Below, in pieces: positions 25,193-35,398 of a DNA stretch of 64,000 nt (position 1 is its first letter; every line of letters starts with the position of its first letter). The stretch is taken from the IMG/VR virus record IMGVR_UViG_3300029641_000003; one strand, written 5' to 3'. The stretch is from a virus. Lineage: Duplodnaviria; Heunggongvirae; Uroviricota; Caudoviricetes. The position numbers were made by a program, and so were the translations under genes. Below the pieces are notes generated by a model, which saw only the letters and a list, made by a program, of their open reading frames with translations, ran no database searches and was not told the origin of the DNA.

Positions 25193-28100
25193 TTAGGCCG
25201 CATCGGCGATTATTTTACGCAGTTCATCTACCGAGTAACGCGTAGATACCATCCATGCCGGACGGTCAAAGTTCACATCAGCAACCGGGTTTGCTTCAAA
25301 ATTCCAGAAACGCCCGCCAATCTTCTTAATCGCGTCTTTGGCGTTTCGTATTGTCGAGGAACCAGGTTGGTCGGCAATGAGATAAACCGCGCCAACGTCC
25401 TCGCTGACGCTCCACCAGCGCCCGCGAACACGCGCCTTAGCGCGAATCGGCTTATCATTAACCACAATGATATAGTCATCATTCGCCGCTTCATCAGCTC
25501 TGGCTTCAGCCACTGCCGCCTGCTCTTCTCTTTTGCTTTCAGCCTGTTCAAGCCTTTCCGCGATCTCTGATTCGGTGGCCCCGCCGTTTTTCAGCGATAC
25601 ATAGTCTTGCCACGTAGCTGATTTGAGCGCATCCGGCAACTCATTCACATAGTCACCGTCTTTCAACTCACGGGCGCGGCGGGTAGCCATTTCTACCAGG
25701 CGATTAACAGAAACAGCATCAGCAAAATCGTCCTTACTAATTTTTTCATCAAATGCATTGATGACAGCCCCCACCTTAATCCACTGTGCTGCCGGTGATT
25801 CCAGGGGGTTATCAGCCTGGACTATGGCGAGTTTCGCTCCATCTACCCCATTATTCGCCAGCTGTTCCAGTGCCGCCCATCCATCTGCATCACTGAGTGA
25901 TTTATATTGCTCAAACAATGCATCGCGCCAGGCCACCAGCGCAGAACGTGTTTTTTCGATCTTCGTCTTAATTTTCGCGATCTTGACCTGATTAAACATC
26001 CGTTCAATATCATCGATATTGCTAAAGGCTTTCATCCTGCCCTGGAATAAACGGTATGCCAGCACGGTCCTCCAGAATGATTCCAGACCTTCTCCGGACG
26101 GTTTGCGGAACAAGCTAAGAATATCTTCAGAAGTGACTTTATTAAGCGAACGACCTGACAGACCACGCCCAGCCATCCAGTTTTCGAACTCCTGGGCAAC
26201 ATCATCCATCGTTGCCTGTGCGCCCCATGCCTGCATTCCCTGGATGTAATCATACCCATACAATGCCTGGAGGAATCCCTCACCGTCCACGATATTCAGC
26301 GGGTTATCACTGGCTTGTATTTTTGCCACTTCACGCTTCAGCGCCTCATCGTTGCCATCTGGATATATCCATCGTTCAGGTGCTATATCCGATGCTCGCC
26401 CGATTTTTTGGCCTATCACGCCATCATAGGCCGATGACAGCGCGATCTGACCATCATCTGTGCGATATGCCCAGTATTTAATAGCTGACCCACCGCCCCA
26501 TGCATTACCAGGTTTACCAGCAATAACATTCATTACCCCATTGCGAATAGCATCATAGAACTGATCGCGAGTAAGTATTGTTGATAGCTGGTGGCACTGA
26601 ACACCACGCGCAGCCGTTGCGCGCGATTCAGCTACCCCCTCTTCAAAAGTTACCGCTTCAATCACAGAGTCAAACGGCAATGTAACGATTGACCCCGGTG
26701 ATCGAGCGTAACGACTTGCTCTATCCAGCCAGGCGATACGGCAGAGGTATTGTGCTTTTTCACCGTCAATTTTTTCCACCCGGACAATCGCTGTTGTTTC
26801 GCGATCATCAATGACTGCACGGTAATAACTACCTTTATGCAACAGGATATTCTTGTCAGTGCGCATATATTCCTGTGGGTTCTGAATAACATCGATACTG
26901 ATATCCAGCACACCAGACTTAATAGCGCGCTCCACATCACCACGAGAGCGTTTCATTATGGTATCCGCGTCTTTTGCCCTGGTGATCGCAAACCGCAGCA
27001 CCCGCGCACGTTTTCTGTAGCTACTCAACTGCTCAAGCGCGAATTTTTGCCCATTCCTGTTCGTACCCGCTTTTATCAGGTCGTCAAGATTTCGCTGGTA
27101 ATACTCTATCTGTTCCATCGCGCTTTTCAGTTCTGTCTCCATCATGCCGATATCTTTTCCAGCGGCGTTTGCCGCTTTCAGGTAGATATCGAGAGCATTG
27201 TTGGCCTCGCGCTGTGCTTTCAGTTTCAGACGTTCTTCACGCTCTTGCGCCTGGCGAGCCATGATTGCGCGGCGTTCTTCCGGGTTTGCCGCCAGCATAA
27301 TGGCGCGTTCATCAGCATCATCCGCATCACCATTGGCGATCTCTGACATGTCGGAGGTCATCACCATCTTGATCCAGTCTTTCTTACGTTTCAGCGTATC
27401 CAGACGGAAGTCGTCGAATGTGCCTTTGCCACAATAGTAGTGAACATTGACCTTCTCTTGCGGTGAACCTACGCGCGCACCGCGCCCATTTCGTTGGTCG
27501 ATACTGGCTGGTGTCCAGGGTAGTGTCAGGTGGTGGATATCGGTTGTCCCGATATGCAGGTTAATACCTACTTCAGCCTTCTTGTTACAGATAATGATGC
27601 GCGTGCGCCCTTCGTTATAGTCGGCGGCAATGCCTTCCATACCCTCAAGGCCAGCATCATTTTTAGCTGAGAGATAATCCTCATATTGGGCAAGTTTGCT
27701 GTAGTAGGTTTCCCATGCCCCTTCTTTGTATTCACCGTTTTTATTCGGAGTAGGTTCAGTCGGCTTATTCACCTTCTTCAGCTTGATGCCGCCAGCCTGG
27801 CTAACGGTCGTCGCATTGATAATGCCTATCTCCTGCTCCGGCATTTGCAGTGCACTGGCGATAATACGGCGCAGCTTCTGGTGCTGGGCTTTTTCATCAA
27901 TGAAGACAATTTGTTTACCGTTCTTCAGACCTTCACGAAGGTTTTCGATCAGCGCGGCATACTTCGGCGGGATGGGGTGTGATACCTGCTGCAGATCAAT
28001 CCCGGCGGCAGCAATGGCCTTCAGTATTTCAGCTTCCAGTTCAATGCTGGCGCGTATTTCAACATGCACCGGATGTTCACTAAAGGTGGTCTTCACTACC

Positions 28101-31100
28101 TTGCTGGTACGTGTATTGACCAGTCCACCAGCGCCGTCTTCTTCGACCTCGTCTGCATCATCTGCCACTTTACCGCCAGCTACTTTTGGCAGGGCATCAG
28201 CAATAGCTTTTACCTTGTCTGCAAGCTCAACGGGGAACTGGAATGTAATCGCACTGGCATACAGATCCGGATCTATAGCAACCTTATCCATGTCGCGGAT
28301 GATGGAGAAGATGAAATCATCCGGTTTTTCGTTTGTGATATGCCCGTTTTCATCAACCGTCAGCGCATCTTTACTACTTAACTCCTGTGCACGCTTACGA
28401 AGTTCTTCATAAGCAGCCTCCTGCTCCCCTGTCATCGGGATCTGCAAGGTATTCTCGACAATATCAGGGATTTTAACCGTCGCCCCGACGTCCGCAGCAG
28501 TCTTCAGAGTAGTCCAGCGATGGAAAATACCACGCAGGCCATCAAGGTTCTGGAAGCCAACCAGCCCCTGCTTCTCTTCCACTTCCCCGGAAATTTTCTG
28601 GACCTGAACTGTGGCTGTTTTACCAAACACACGAACGAAATCATCAGGCGTAATGATGCCCATGCGCATCCACTCTTCCTGCGGAATGACAGTAGACAGC
28701 ATGTTGAAGGCATCAATCGGACTGTTCACCAGCGGTGTTGCCGTCAGCATGACTACACCACGCCCGTTGTTGCGTTTCATCATGTACGCAGCTTTTACAG
28801 CCATGTCGCGGGCCATCTTGGATACTGCCGGGTTAGGCAAATATGCCAGTTGTCCCGCTTCACGCCCGGCATTAAAGGAGTTGCGGTAGTTATGCCCCTC
28901 GTCGGCAATCACGCTATCGAAGTTCATATCCTCAAAGTACGGGATATTCTGCTTCTTCGTTGTACCGGTATTCGCGGCCTGATCCTTAATCTTGTTCTTC
29001 TTCTGCGCATCACGGTGTTTACCAGACGCCAGGTCAAGACGCCCCATTTCCACAGCATTAAAGACAGCTTGCTGTGAGTTCTCCTCGATGGTTTTTTCTC
29101 GTAGCGGGATAGACGCGAATTGTTCTTTTGTCATGATGACCGTTCGCCAATTTGACGACGGGATCATGTTCATGCGCTGAACGATAACGGCGCTGGCGGA
29201 CTCTTTCACAACATTTCTGGTAAGAGGCTGCCCGTTACTGTCGAGGCGGGGTTCGCCATTTTCATCAAGCACCGGCGCGGTCAGAATATTGCCGTCTTCA
29301 TCACGAACCTCATCCAGACCGATAAACATCATATTGGCGAAGGCATCAGCACTGTAGAAGCTCTGTGCCTCGTGATACCAGTTCTGATAAACCGCCTTCG
29401 GAACAACAATACACGTGCGTTTAGTGCGACCTGTTTCGAAGTTATACGCCTCAAGCGCAAGCGCAGTCGTGGTTTTACCCAGCCCGGTACCAAATCCCAT
29501 GATGCCGCGCCCATCTTCTGACAAGCGACGAACTTCTTCATTCTGATAAGTCAGAGGAATGCGCTTTCCACTAATCCCTTCCAGGCCAAGCGGTGCGTTA
29601 GAGTGCGTAAACGGAATGAAGCCATTGAATGCGTCGTTATAGTCACGGGCTATCTGATCCGCCTGCGGGTGGGTGCGTAACCAGTCGTTAAAACTAACTT
29701 CCAGTTGAGCAATTTTATCCAGGTACTCGTTAGCGTTCTGCCCACGCGGTTTAACACCGTTCAGGTAGTTTTCTAACTGGTTCAGGAAGCCGTCTTTATT
29801 GTTGGCCTTCTTGAACTCATTCCCGTTTTTGCCGTTTACGGTTCGTAGTTGATAGCCGGTAAATACCCCGTCCTTACCTTCGTAATCGTCCGGAGATACC
29901 AGAATGCCATCGACGACCTTCAGATCAGGTTCAGTGTACTTAAACTCGTCATAGCCCTGCTCTGCCAGGAACTCTTTTATCAAGCGGCGATCCAGCCAGC
30001 GGGCGTTCAGATTAACGGTGACTTTATTTAGTGGCGTGAAAATGCGTTTCTCTTCGATTTTCGCCAACTGACGCTCAAAGTTCGCTTTCTGCTCACCTGT
30101 TGACGCATCACGCCAACCCACCAGCAATGTTGTTTTGGTTGCAATATCGCCGCTGGTGGCGCGGTCCATCGGCAGCAGGCAGCCATACCCATCAATAGCG
30201 ATATCATCAAATTTCGCCAGGTATTCAAGGGCCGCGTCGTCGTCCTCTGGCAGTTCACCAGCAAACGCCTCACGAAAGTCGCCCAGCGTTATAGGATTAA
30301 GGGCTACATCACTGAAAAGATGTGCTATCACTTGTTCAGGACGTGTAAAGTCAATACCGGCAGCACCATCCGTTACATCAAGTCGCCCTGCCAGAAGGTC
30401 AGAAGTGGAACCATCCTGTTTCACATTGCCAGTGAACGTCATCCAGTTTTTAGCGCCAGCTTCTGCAAGCCCATTCAGCTTAATCGCGTGCGGTGGTCCA
30501 TACTTCGCAACTTCTGCTGCCGCCAGGCGGGATGCATCTGCCAGTTTGTCATCAACGTTCACCCCCAGGTTACGCAAATCAAGTGCCTTGTTGATCAACT
30601 GCCCTATCAACGCACCGCGCATAACGCGCTCCCTGTCTTTTTCTCGCTGTTTGCCAGCAAAGCGAATCATTGCTGCCACTTCATCACTGACAACCGATGG
30701 ATAGTCGGACGCGATCGCCGATATCTGGTCCCATGACAAAGCCAGAATCCCGTTTGTTGACTGGAACGCGATCTGCAGATCGCCAAACGTCGAAACACCA
30801 TATCGACTTACATCAAGCGCGGAGGATTTGGTTGTCGTGTCCTTAACCCATTTCAGACCATCAAACTCATGCCAGATACCGCCTACAAGGCGTTTATCGC
30901 CCACTTTCGCGCCCTGCCATGCCTGAGTAGTTACGCCGAGCAAATCCCAATTGATGCGACTATCAAAGCGACGAGATAGCGCGGTTTTCATCGACTCATT
31001 GGATACACGACCGTCTTTTTTCACCACCAGGGTATTGCGGAAGCTGGTGCGTTCCATGTCGCCGTAAACAAATCGCTTCCCTTCGGTTGTAAACCATTTC

Positions 31101-32041
31101 CCTTTGAGGAAGGTATCCCAAAGGACGTTTGCCGATTTGAGCGTTGCATCATCCGTGTCGGGGATCATCTCCAGGAAGGTTTCCGGGTGTTTACGCAATA
31201 CCCATACGTCCACCACCGTATCTGTACCGGATTCGCTGAACGTACCAGAAGGCATACGATGCGCGCCCAAAAATTCCGCTTTACGGCTGACTTTATCGCG
31301 CAATTTTTTGTATTTCGTACCATCGGTCATGCCATTCGGCACCACCAATACAATTAGTCCACCAGGCTTAACCTTGTCGATTGTGCGCAGCACAAAGTAA
31401 TTGCCAACGTTCTTCTCGTTTGCATATGCCGGATCAAGCCCGGCGACACCGGAACGCCCTTCACCAAACGGTACGTTACCAACAGCGTGATCATACATTG
31501 CGTCTTTCGCCGCCAGCGCCTCAAACGCCCCGATATTCACATCGTCTTCCGGGTGCAAAAGCTGGTTTATTCGACCGGAAATCGGAGACAGTTCGGCGCT
31601 GGTCATTATCATGCCCTGCCGTTTTGTCTCCTGGAAAATACCTGTGCCCGCTGATGGTTCCAGTACGTGCCCGCCATCAATACCGTAGTCAGCAAACAGA
31701 TCCCATATACCTTCAGCCATAAACTGTGGCGTGTAGTATTCGTATTGGCTGCCCTCACCATCTGTCAGGCCGCCTTCACCGGTATACCCGGCAAGAATCT
31801 GACGTTGTTCGTCAGTTAATTTCGCCCCATCGAAGCCGGGCGGAAGGGAATTAAGAAGATTTACTGCGGCGTTGTTTGCTGCCCGGCGTGTTTTCTGAAT
31901 ACTGACGCCATCGACTTTCTTAACGCCAAAGGTCACTACAGCTCGCGGTTTATGCAACCGACTAACAATTTCAATCAGCGCCCCAATGCTGGTGGCCTGG
32001 CTAATTGAATCAATTATTTTGTCCAAAGGAAGCCCCCTCAA
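25193..32041 (-). CDS. darB: DarB-like antirestriction protein (N6-adenine methyltransferase + helicase)
   Basis: 2282 aa; MTase motifs VLEPSAGTGIF and NVPFG; helicase Walker A GFGTGLGKTTTAL and DEGH box VIADEGHNYRN; size matches P1 DarB. Confidence 0.9.
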   Translation of the reverse strand: MRGLPLDKIIDSISQATSIGALIEIVSRLHKPRAVVTFGVKKVDGVSIQKTRRAANNAAVNLLNSLPPGFDGAKLTDEQRQILAGYTGEGGLTDGEGSQYEYYTPQFMAEGIWDLFADYGIDGGHVLEPSAGTGIFQETKRQGMIMTSAELSPISGRINQLLHPEDDVNIGAFEALAAKDAMYDHAVGNVPFGEGRSGVAGLDPAYANEKNVGNYFVLRTIDKVKPGGLIVLVVPNGMTDGTKYKKLRDKVSRKAEFLGAHRMPSGTFSESGTDTVVDVWVLRKHPETFLEMIPDTDDATLKSANVLWDTFLKGKWFTTEGKRFVYGDMERTSFRNTLVVKKDGRVSNESMKTALSRRFDSRINWDLLGVTTQAWQGAKVGDKRLVGGIWHEFDGLKWVKDTTTKSSALDVSRYGVSTFGDLQIAFQSTNGILALSWDQISAIASDYPSVVSDEVAAMIRFAGKQREKDRERVMRGALIGQLINKALDLRNLGVNVDDKLADASRLAAAEVAKYGPPHAIKLNGLAEAGAKNWMTFTGNVKQDGSTSDLLAGRLDVTDGAAGIDFTRPEQVIAHLFSDVALNPITLGDFREAFAGELPEDDDAALEYLAKFDDIAIDGYGCLLPMDRATSGDIATKTTLLVGWRDASTGEQKANFERQLAKIEEKRIFTPLNKVTVNLNARWLDRRLIKEFLAEQGYDEFKYTEPDLKVVDGILVSPDDYEGKDGVFTGYQLRTVNGKNGNEFKKANNKDGFLNQLENYLNGVKPRGQNANEYLDKIAQLEVSFNDWLRTHPQADQIARDYNDAFNGFIPFTHSNAPLGLEGISGKRIPLTYQNEEVRRLSEDGRGIMGFGTGLGKTTTALALEAYNFETGRTKRTCIVVPKAVYQNWYHEAQSFYSADAFANMMFIGLDEVRDEDGNILTAPVLDENGEPRLDSNGQPLTRNVVKESASAVIVQRMNMIPSSNWRTVIMTKEQFASIPLREKTIEENSQQAVFNAVEMGRLDLASGKHRDAQKKNKIKDQAANTGTTKKQNIPYFEDMNFDSVIADEGHNYRNSFNAGREAGQLAYLPNPAVSKMARDMAVKAAYMMKRNNGRGVVMLTATPLVNSPIDAFNMLSTVIPQEEWMRMGIITPDDFVRVFGKTATVQVQKISGEVEEKQGLVGFQNLDGLRGIFHRWTTLKTAADVGATVKIPDIVENTLQIPMTGEQEAAYEELRKRAQELSSKDALTVDENGHITNEKPDDFIFSIIRDMDKVAIDPDLYASAITFQFPVELADKVKAIADALPKVAGGKVADDADEVEEDGAGGLVNTRTSKVVKTTFSEHPVHVEIRASIELEAEILKAIAAAGIDLQQVSHPIPPKYAALIENLREGLKNGKQIVFIDEKAQHQKLRRIIASALQMPEQEIGIINATTVSQAGGIKLKKVNKPTEPTPNKNGEYKEGAWETYYSKLAQYEDYLSAKNDAGLEGMEGIAADYNEGRTRIIICNKKAEVGINLHIGTTDIHHLTLPWTPASIDQRNGRGARVGSPQEKVNVHYYCGKGTFDDFRLDTLKRKKDWIKMVMTSDMSEIANGDADDADERAIMLAANPEERRAIMARQAQEREERLKLKAQREANNALDIYLKAANAAGKDIGMMETELKSAMEQIEYYQRNLDDLIKAGTNRNGQKFALEQLSSYRKRARVLRFAITRAKDADTIMKRSRGDVERAIKSGVLDISIDVIQNPQEYMRTDKNILLHKGSYYRAVIDDRETTAIVRVEKIDGEKAQYLCRIAWLDRASRYARSPGSIVTLPFDSVIEAVTFEEGVAESRATAARGVQCHQLSTILTRDQFYDAIRNGVMNVIAGKPGNAWGGGSAIKYWAYRTDDGQIALSSAYDGVIGQKIGRASDIAPERWIYPDGNDEALKREVAKIQASDNPLNIVDGEGFLQALYGYDYIQGMQAWGAQATMDDVAQEFENWMAGRGLSGRSLNKVTSEDILSLFRKPSGEGLESFWRTVLAYRLFQGRMKAFSNIDDIERMFNQVKIAKIKTKIEKTRSALVAWRDALFEQYKSLSDADGWAALEQLANNGVDGAKLAIVQADNPLESPAAQWIKVGAVINAFDEKISKDDFADAVSVNRLVEMATRRARELKDGDYVNELPDALKSATWQDYVSLKNGGATESEIAERLEQAESKREEQAAVAEARADEAANDDYIIVVNDKPIRAKARVRGRWWSVSEDVGAVYLIADQPGSSTIRNAKDAIKKIGGRFWNFEANPVADVNFDRPAWMVSTRYSVDELRKIIADAA

Positions 32042-32178
32042 AACCGTTAAATCCGCCTTAAGCGGTTCGGTTTGAGAGGGTATGGAGAATGTTATTTTCA
32101 GGGATGAACGACACTACCGTCAAAATCACATACTCACCATAGTTTGCCTACTTATTAACCCATGAGCGGGAGAAATAT

Positions 32179-32664
32179 ATGGCAAACATTGAACCTCGCT
32201 GGCTTATTGAGGCCCGTAAAAATATTGGAGTCACCGAAATAAAAGGAGCGAAACACAATCCAGAGATCGTTCAGTTCTGGCGGGATATTAAGCGCAGCGG
32301 AATTAAAGACGACGAAACGCCGTGGTGCGCTGCATTTGTTGGTGCAATGCTGGAACGTGTAGGTATCCGCTCAACAAGATTTGAGTCGGCAAAATCCTAT
32401 CTGGATTGGGGCGAGAAATTAGATACACCGGCATACGGATGTATCGTTGTATTTACCCGCGTAGGCGGTGGGCACGTAGGCTTCGTTGTCGGACACCGCG
32501 CCAATGGCGATCTGCTTGTCTTGGGTGGGAACCAGGGGGATGCTGTTAATATTCGCGCATTCCCAACATCAAGAGTGTCTGGCTATCGCTGGCCTGCTGG
32601 CGAACCACGCAATACAGCTCTGTTACCAGTCGGAGACGCAGCAACCTCAACTAATGAGGCATAA
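32179..32664 (+). CDS. NlpC/P60- or CHAP-like putative cell-wall hydrolase
   Basis: 161 aa; ETPWCAAFV (Cys) and GGHVGFVVG (His) spacing typical of this peptidase class. Confidence 0.5.
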   Translation: MANIEPRWLIEARKNIGVTEIKGAKHNPEIVQFWRDIKRSGIKDDETPWCAAFVGAMLERVGIRSTRFESAKSYLDWGEKLDTPAYGCIVVFTRVGGGHVGFVVGHRANGDLLVLGGNQGDAVNIRAFPTSRVSGYRWPAGEPRNTALLPVGDAATSTNEA

Positions 32665-32695
32665 AAAAGCCCCGGCCAAGCCGGGGCATCACACT

Positions 32696-32908
32696 TCAAG
32701 TTACGATCCAATCATTACCGACTGCATCCGCCGTCGATAAATCGACTTCCCGGATCTGGTATCCATTAATACAAAACCATCCAGTAGTAGAGCTATTATC
32801 AGGCCAGACCCATACACCAACACTCCATGCTTTACGGCGGCACACTTCAGCCTGTCCTTCCCTGATTTTTTTTACCGCCTGCATGATGTCCATCACTCGC
32901 CTCCCCAA
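32696..32908 (-). CDS. hypothetical small protein
   Basis: 70-aa ORF overlapping the end of the Rha-like gene. Confidence 0.35.
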   Translation of the reverse strand: MGRRVMDIMQAVKKIREGQAEVCRRKAWSVGVWVWPDNSSTTGWFCINGYQIREVDLSTADAVGNDWIVT

Positions 32909-33600
32909 CCGATTACCTGGAATTGCCCCATCCTTGGGTGATACCAGCGTTTTCCTCGGTGTTCAGCCTCCGACATCATCAGGGTAAAGGCATTCATGAA
33001 GGGAGATAAGGCCACAATAGTACGACGCGACAATACCCCCTCTGGCGTCAAAAACTCATGCGTATCTGTGGGGATCCGGTAAGCGTTGACCAGGTTACGG
33101 CATTTGGCTTCAGTCAGGCCGCATTTCGCCGCCAGTTGGCGGTAGCCAATGTAGCCTTCTGGTATGTTGCCTTTCTTGATCTGCTCGACGGTTTCAGCGA
33201 CCTGGCTAACCTTTGACTCAACAGCATGAAGCCGCTTTTGCTGCTGAACTGCATTCGCAGCCATTGCAGCGATCATCTCTATTTCGGTCAACGGCTGGCG
33301 TACTTGTTCTTCCAGTTCGCGCCAGCGGTCCACCAGCCGGGCGGTGAATTCGGGAGAGAGCTGCGCAACGACAATAATGCTGTCTCGTTTGCCTTGCTCG
33401 CCTTCGAAGACGTAAGCCTCAACGCCACGACGCAATCCTAAGTTATTGATTTTTTCGAAAACAGCCATTGGCGGTTTTCGGATAATGCTTCGAGCAACCA
33501 TACGCTCAATACTACGTTTAACGTCAGAGTGTTGACTTCCCACCAGCTCCGCAATCTCAATGCTGGTCATTGATAGTTTTTCGAGAATGCAGATATCCAT
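32893..33600 (-). CDS. Rha-family regulatory protein / antirepressor-like
   Basis: 235 aa; N-terminal MTSIEIAELVG... typical of Rha proteins. Confidence 0.65.
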   Translation of the reverse strand: MDICILEKLSMTSIEIAELVGSQHSDVKRSIERMVARSIIRKPPMAVFEKINNLGLRRGVEAYVFEGEQGKRDSIIVVAQLSPEFTARLVDRWRELEEQVRQPLTEIEMIAAMAANAVQQQKRLHAVESKVSQVAETVEQIKKGNIPEGYIGYRQLAAKCGLTEAKCRNLVNAYRIPTDTHEFLTPEGVLSRRTIVALSPFMNAFTLMMSEAEHRGKRWYHPRMGQFQVIGWGGE

Positions 33601-33824
33601 CAGTGAGCCTCCGCAATGCCGGGATTGGTAATATTGCGATACCAGGGATTAGTGTTTGGTTGTGGGGAAGTAGAGAAACGACCAGTGAGAACGCCATACT
33701 GATCAGGGATCAGAGAACGGGCTTCTTTTTCAGTTGCGGCAATTGCGAAGTGATCACAATGTTTTTGCAGGGAGTGGAAACGCCAGATGAATTCTGGGCG
33801 TGAGCAATGATTGGCATTAACCAT
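33600..33824 (-). CDS. small protein upstream of Rha-like gene (Icd-like position)
   Basis: 74-aa ORF translationally coupled to the Rha-like gene; follows a 330-nt leader behind an operator pair. Confidence 0.35.
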   Translation of the reverse strand: MVNANHCSRPEFIWRFHSLQKHCDHFAIAATEKEARSLIPDQYGVLTGRFSTSPQPNTNPWYRNITNPGIAEAH

Positions 33825-34152
33825 AGTTACGGCCTCGTAAGTTGATAAACAACCTGCGACCCGCTGTCAAACAGGTGGCAGGACGTGACAGGGTTGACAG
33901 ACTGGCACTTACGAAACCAGCAGGCCGAAGCCTCCCCATCACGCCCCACCATAATTCGGGCGTAACGTGGTTTTACGGACACAAAAATACCGCAATATCG
34001 GAAATGTGCGGTTGTCCGCGTAAGTATTCAGGCTGTCAAACCTGGTCGCAGAATTTGCTACGACGGCATGAATATAAGCCTGAACATTAGAAAGATCAAC
34101 AGAATTTTTATCAAATGCTGTTTTTTAGTGACAATGTAAATCATACATTCTT

Positions 34153-34183
34153 GATTAGAAACATCAATTTAATTTTCTAACAT
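34153..34183. promoter_or_regulatory. palindromic operator pair
   Basis: GATTAGAAACATCAATTTAATTTTCTAACAT. Confidence 0.6.
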
Positions 34184-34239
34184 AGATTTTCGAGCGATGA
34201 AATTCCCGCCGCACGGTTATTGTACAGTCAATCGCAACA

Positions 34240-35199
34240 TCATCCCCGAAAGCCCTCCGGAATTGACCAGTCTTCCCGGTCAAATTCAGACCGATAGCCA
34301 CGCTGTATCATCAGGTCAAATGCTTCATTGATGGTTGCACATCCCTGGGAACCAGAATAATCCATAGAGAAATCCAGGGCGCTGGATCGTTTGGGCTTAT
34401 TCACTGTGGTAGCACTACGTAACCATGCAAATTTTTTTGCCAGTTTTTCAGCGGTACGATACAGAGCCTGCCGTTTTGCGTACCCCTCGTCTGAACGACG
34501 CTTTGCAGCTCTCGCTTTTGCTGCCGCCAGGCAGTGGTTGGTATGTTCTTCCCTGATTACTGTTTTTTTATCCAGCAAGCCATTATCCGCTTGAGAACTA
34601 TCTGCTGGTGAAGCCTTTGGCTGAACCGCGCATGATCTTTCTCTTCTTTTGGCTATAGAGTGACTCTTATTTTCTATTGGCTGTTCATTTTGAACATGGG
34701 GGGGCTTGTTCAATTTGAACAGGGGGTTCCCAGTTTCAAAAAAATAACGAACCTTTGAAATCAACTGCTTAACCAGTTTTGTGGCGTTGGCAAATTTGAT
34801 GCCCTGCTTACTCCCTATCTCCATTGCTACATGAATGAAGTGGAGAAATTGTGTTGTAAACCGGTACACGTTACACACCTGAGCATTGTTATTCGCTACC
34901 TGATGCTGCTTAACAAGCATTCCGCACTTCGTCGCTTCGGCAAATGCCCGGCGCACAGTAGAAATACTGCGTCCTGTAATCTCGGACATATCCGCATATG
35001 AGCGACGGATCATGTATTCATCGGTAGCTCCTGCCAGGTTGGCGAACTCGGCAATAATGGCGCTATGTGAAGGGGAAAGAAAACCGCTATGACGAGCAAA
35101 AAAACTCAACTGATGACCTTTGATTTTTTTGTGGTATTCAGTGTTGTTTTTATACTCAGAAGTGTTGAAAGTAACTGAAACTGAATTTAAAATACTCAC
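34240..35199 (-). CDS. HTH protein, possibly RepL-like lytic replication initiator
   Basis: 319 aa; helix-turn-helix EMSEITGRSISTVRRAFAEATKCGMLV; operator-like motif upstream at 35371..35385. Confidence 0.4.
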   Translation of the reverse strand: MSILNSVSVTFNTSEYKNNTEYHKKIKGHQLSFFARHSGFLSPSHSAIIAEFANLAGATDEYMIRRSYADMSEITGRSISTVRRAFAEATKCGMLVKQHQVANNNAQVCNVYRFTTQFLHFIHVAMEIGSKQGIKFANATKLVKQLISKVRYFFETGNPLFKLNKPPHVQNEQPIENKSHSIAKRRERSCAVQPKASPADSSQADNGLLDKKTVIREEHTNHCLAAAKARAAKRRSDEGYAKRQALYRTAEKLAKKFAWLRSATTVNKPKRSSALDFSMDYSGSQGCATINEAFDLMIQRGYRSEFDREDWSIPEGFRG

Positions 35200-35370
35200 C
35201 AGATAGTTCCGTGAAAAATCTATCTACCGTATAAATCTATGCCAGTGGATTTATACACCCAAAAGCCGCTACTCAGCGGCTTTTGCTTTTTTTGGCAGTC
35301 GCTACCGGAGCAGTGACCGCGATCCTACTCGATCACGTGCCGTCGGATCAACAGTGTATAAAAACACACT

Positions 35371-35385
35371 GTGTTAGAAAATTAA
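35371..35385. promoter_or_regulatory. operator-like motif
   Basis: GTGTTAGAAAATTAA. Confidence 0.5.
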
Positions 35386-35398
35386 GCTATCTTTTAGC

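Noticed and set aside
25273-31722. Many 60 to 230-aa ORFs antisense to or nested in darB
   Set aside because: Embedded in a continuous 2282-aa gene with clear domains; low-complexity translations typical of spurious frames.
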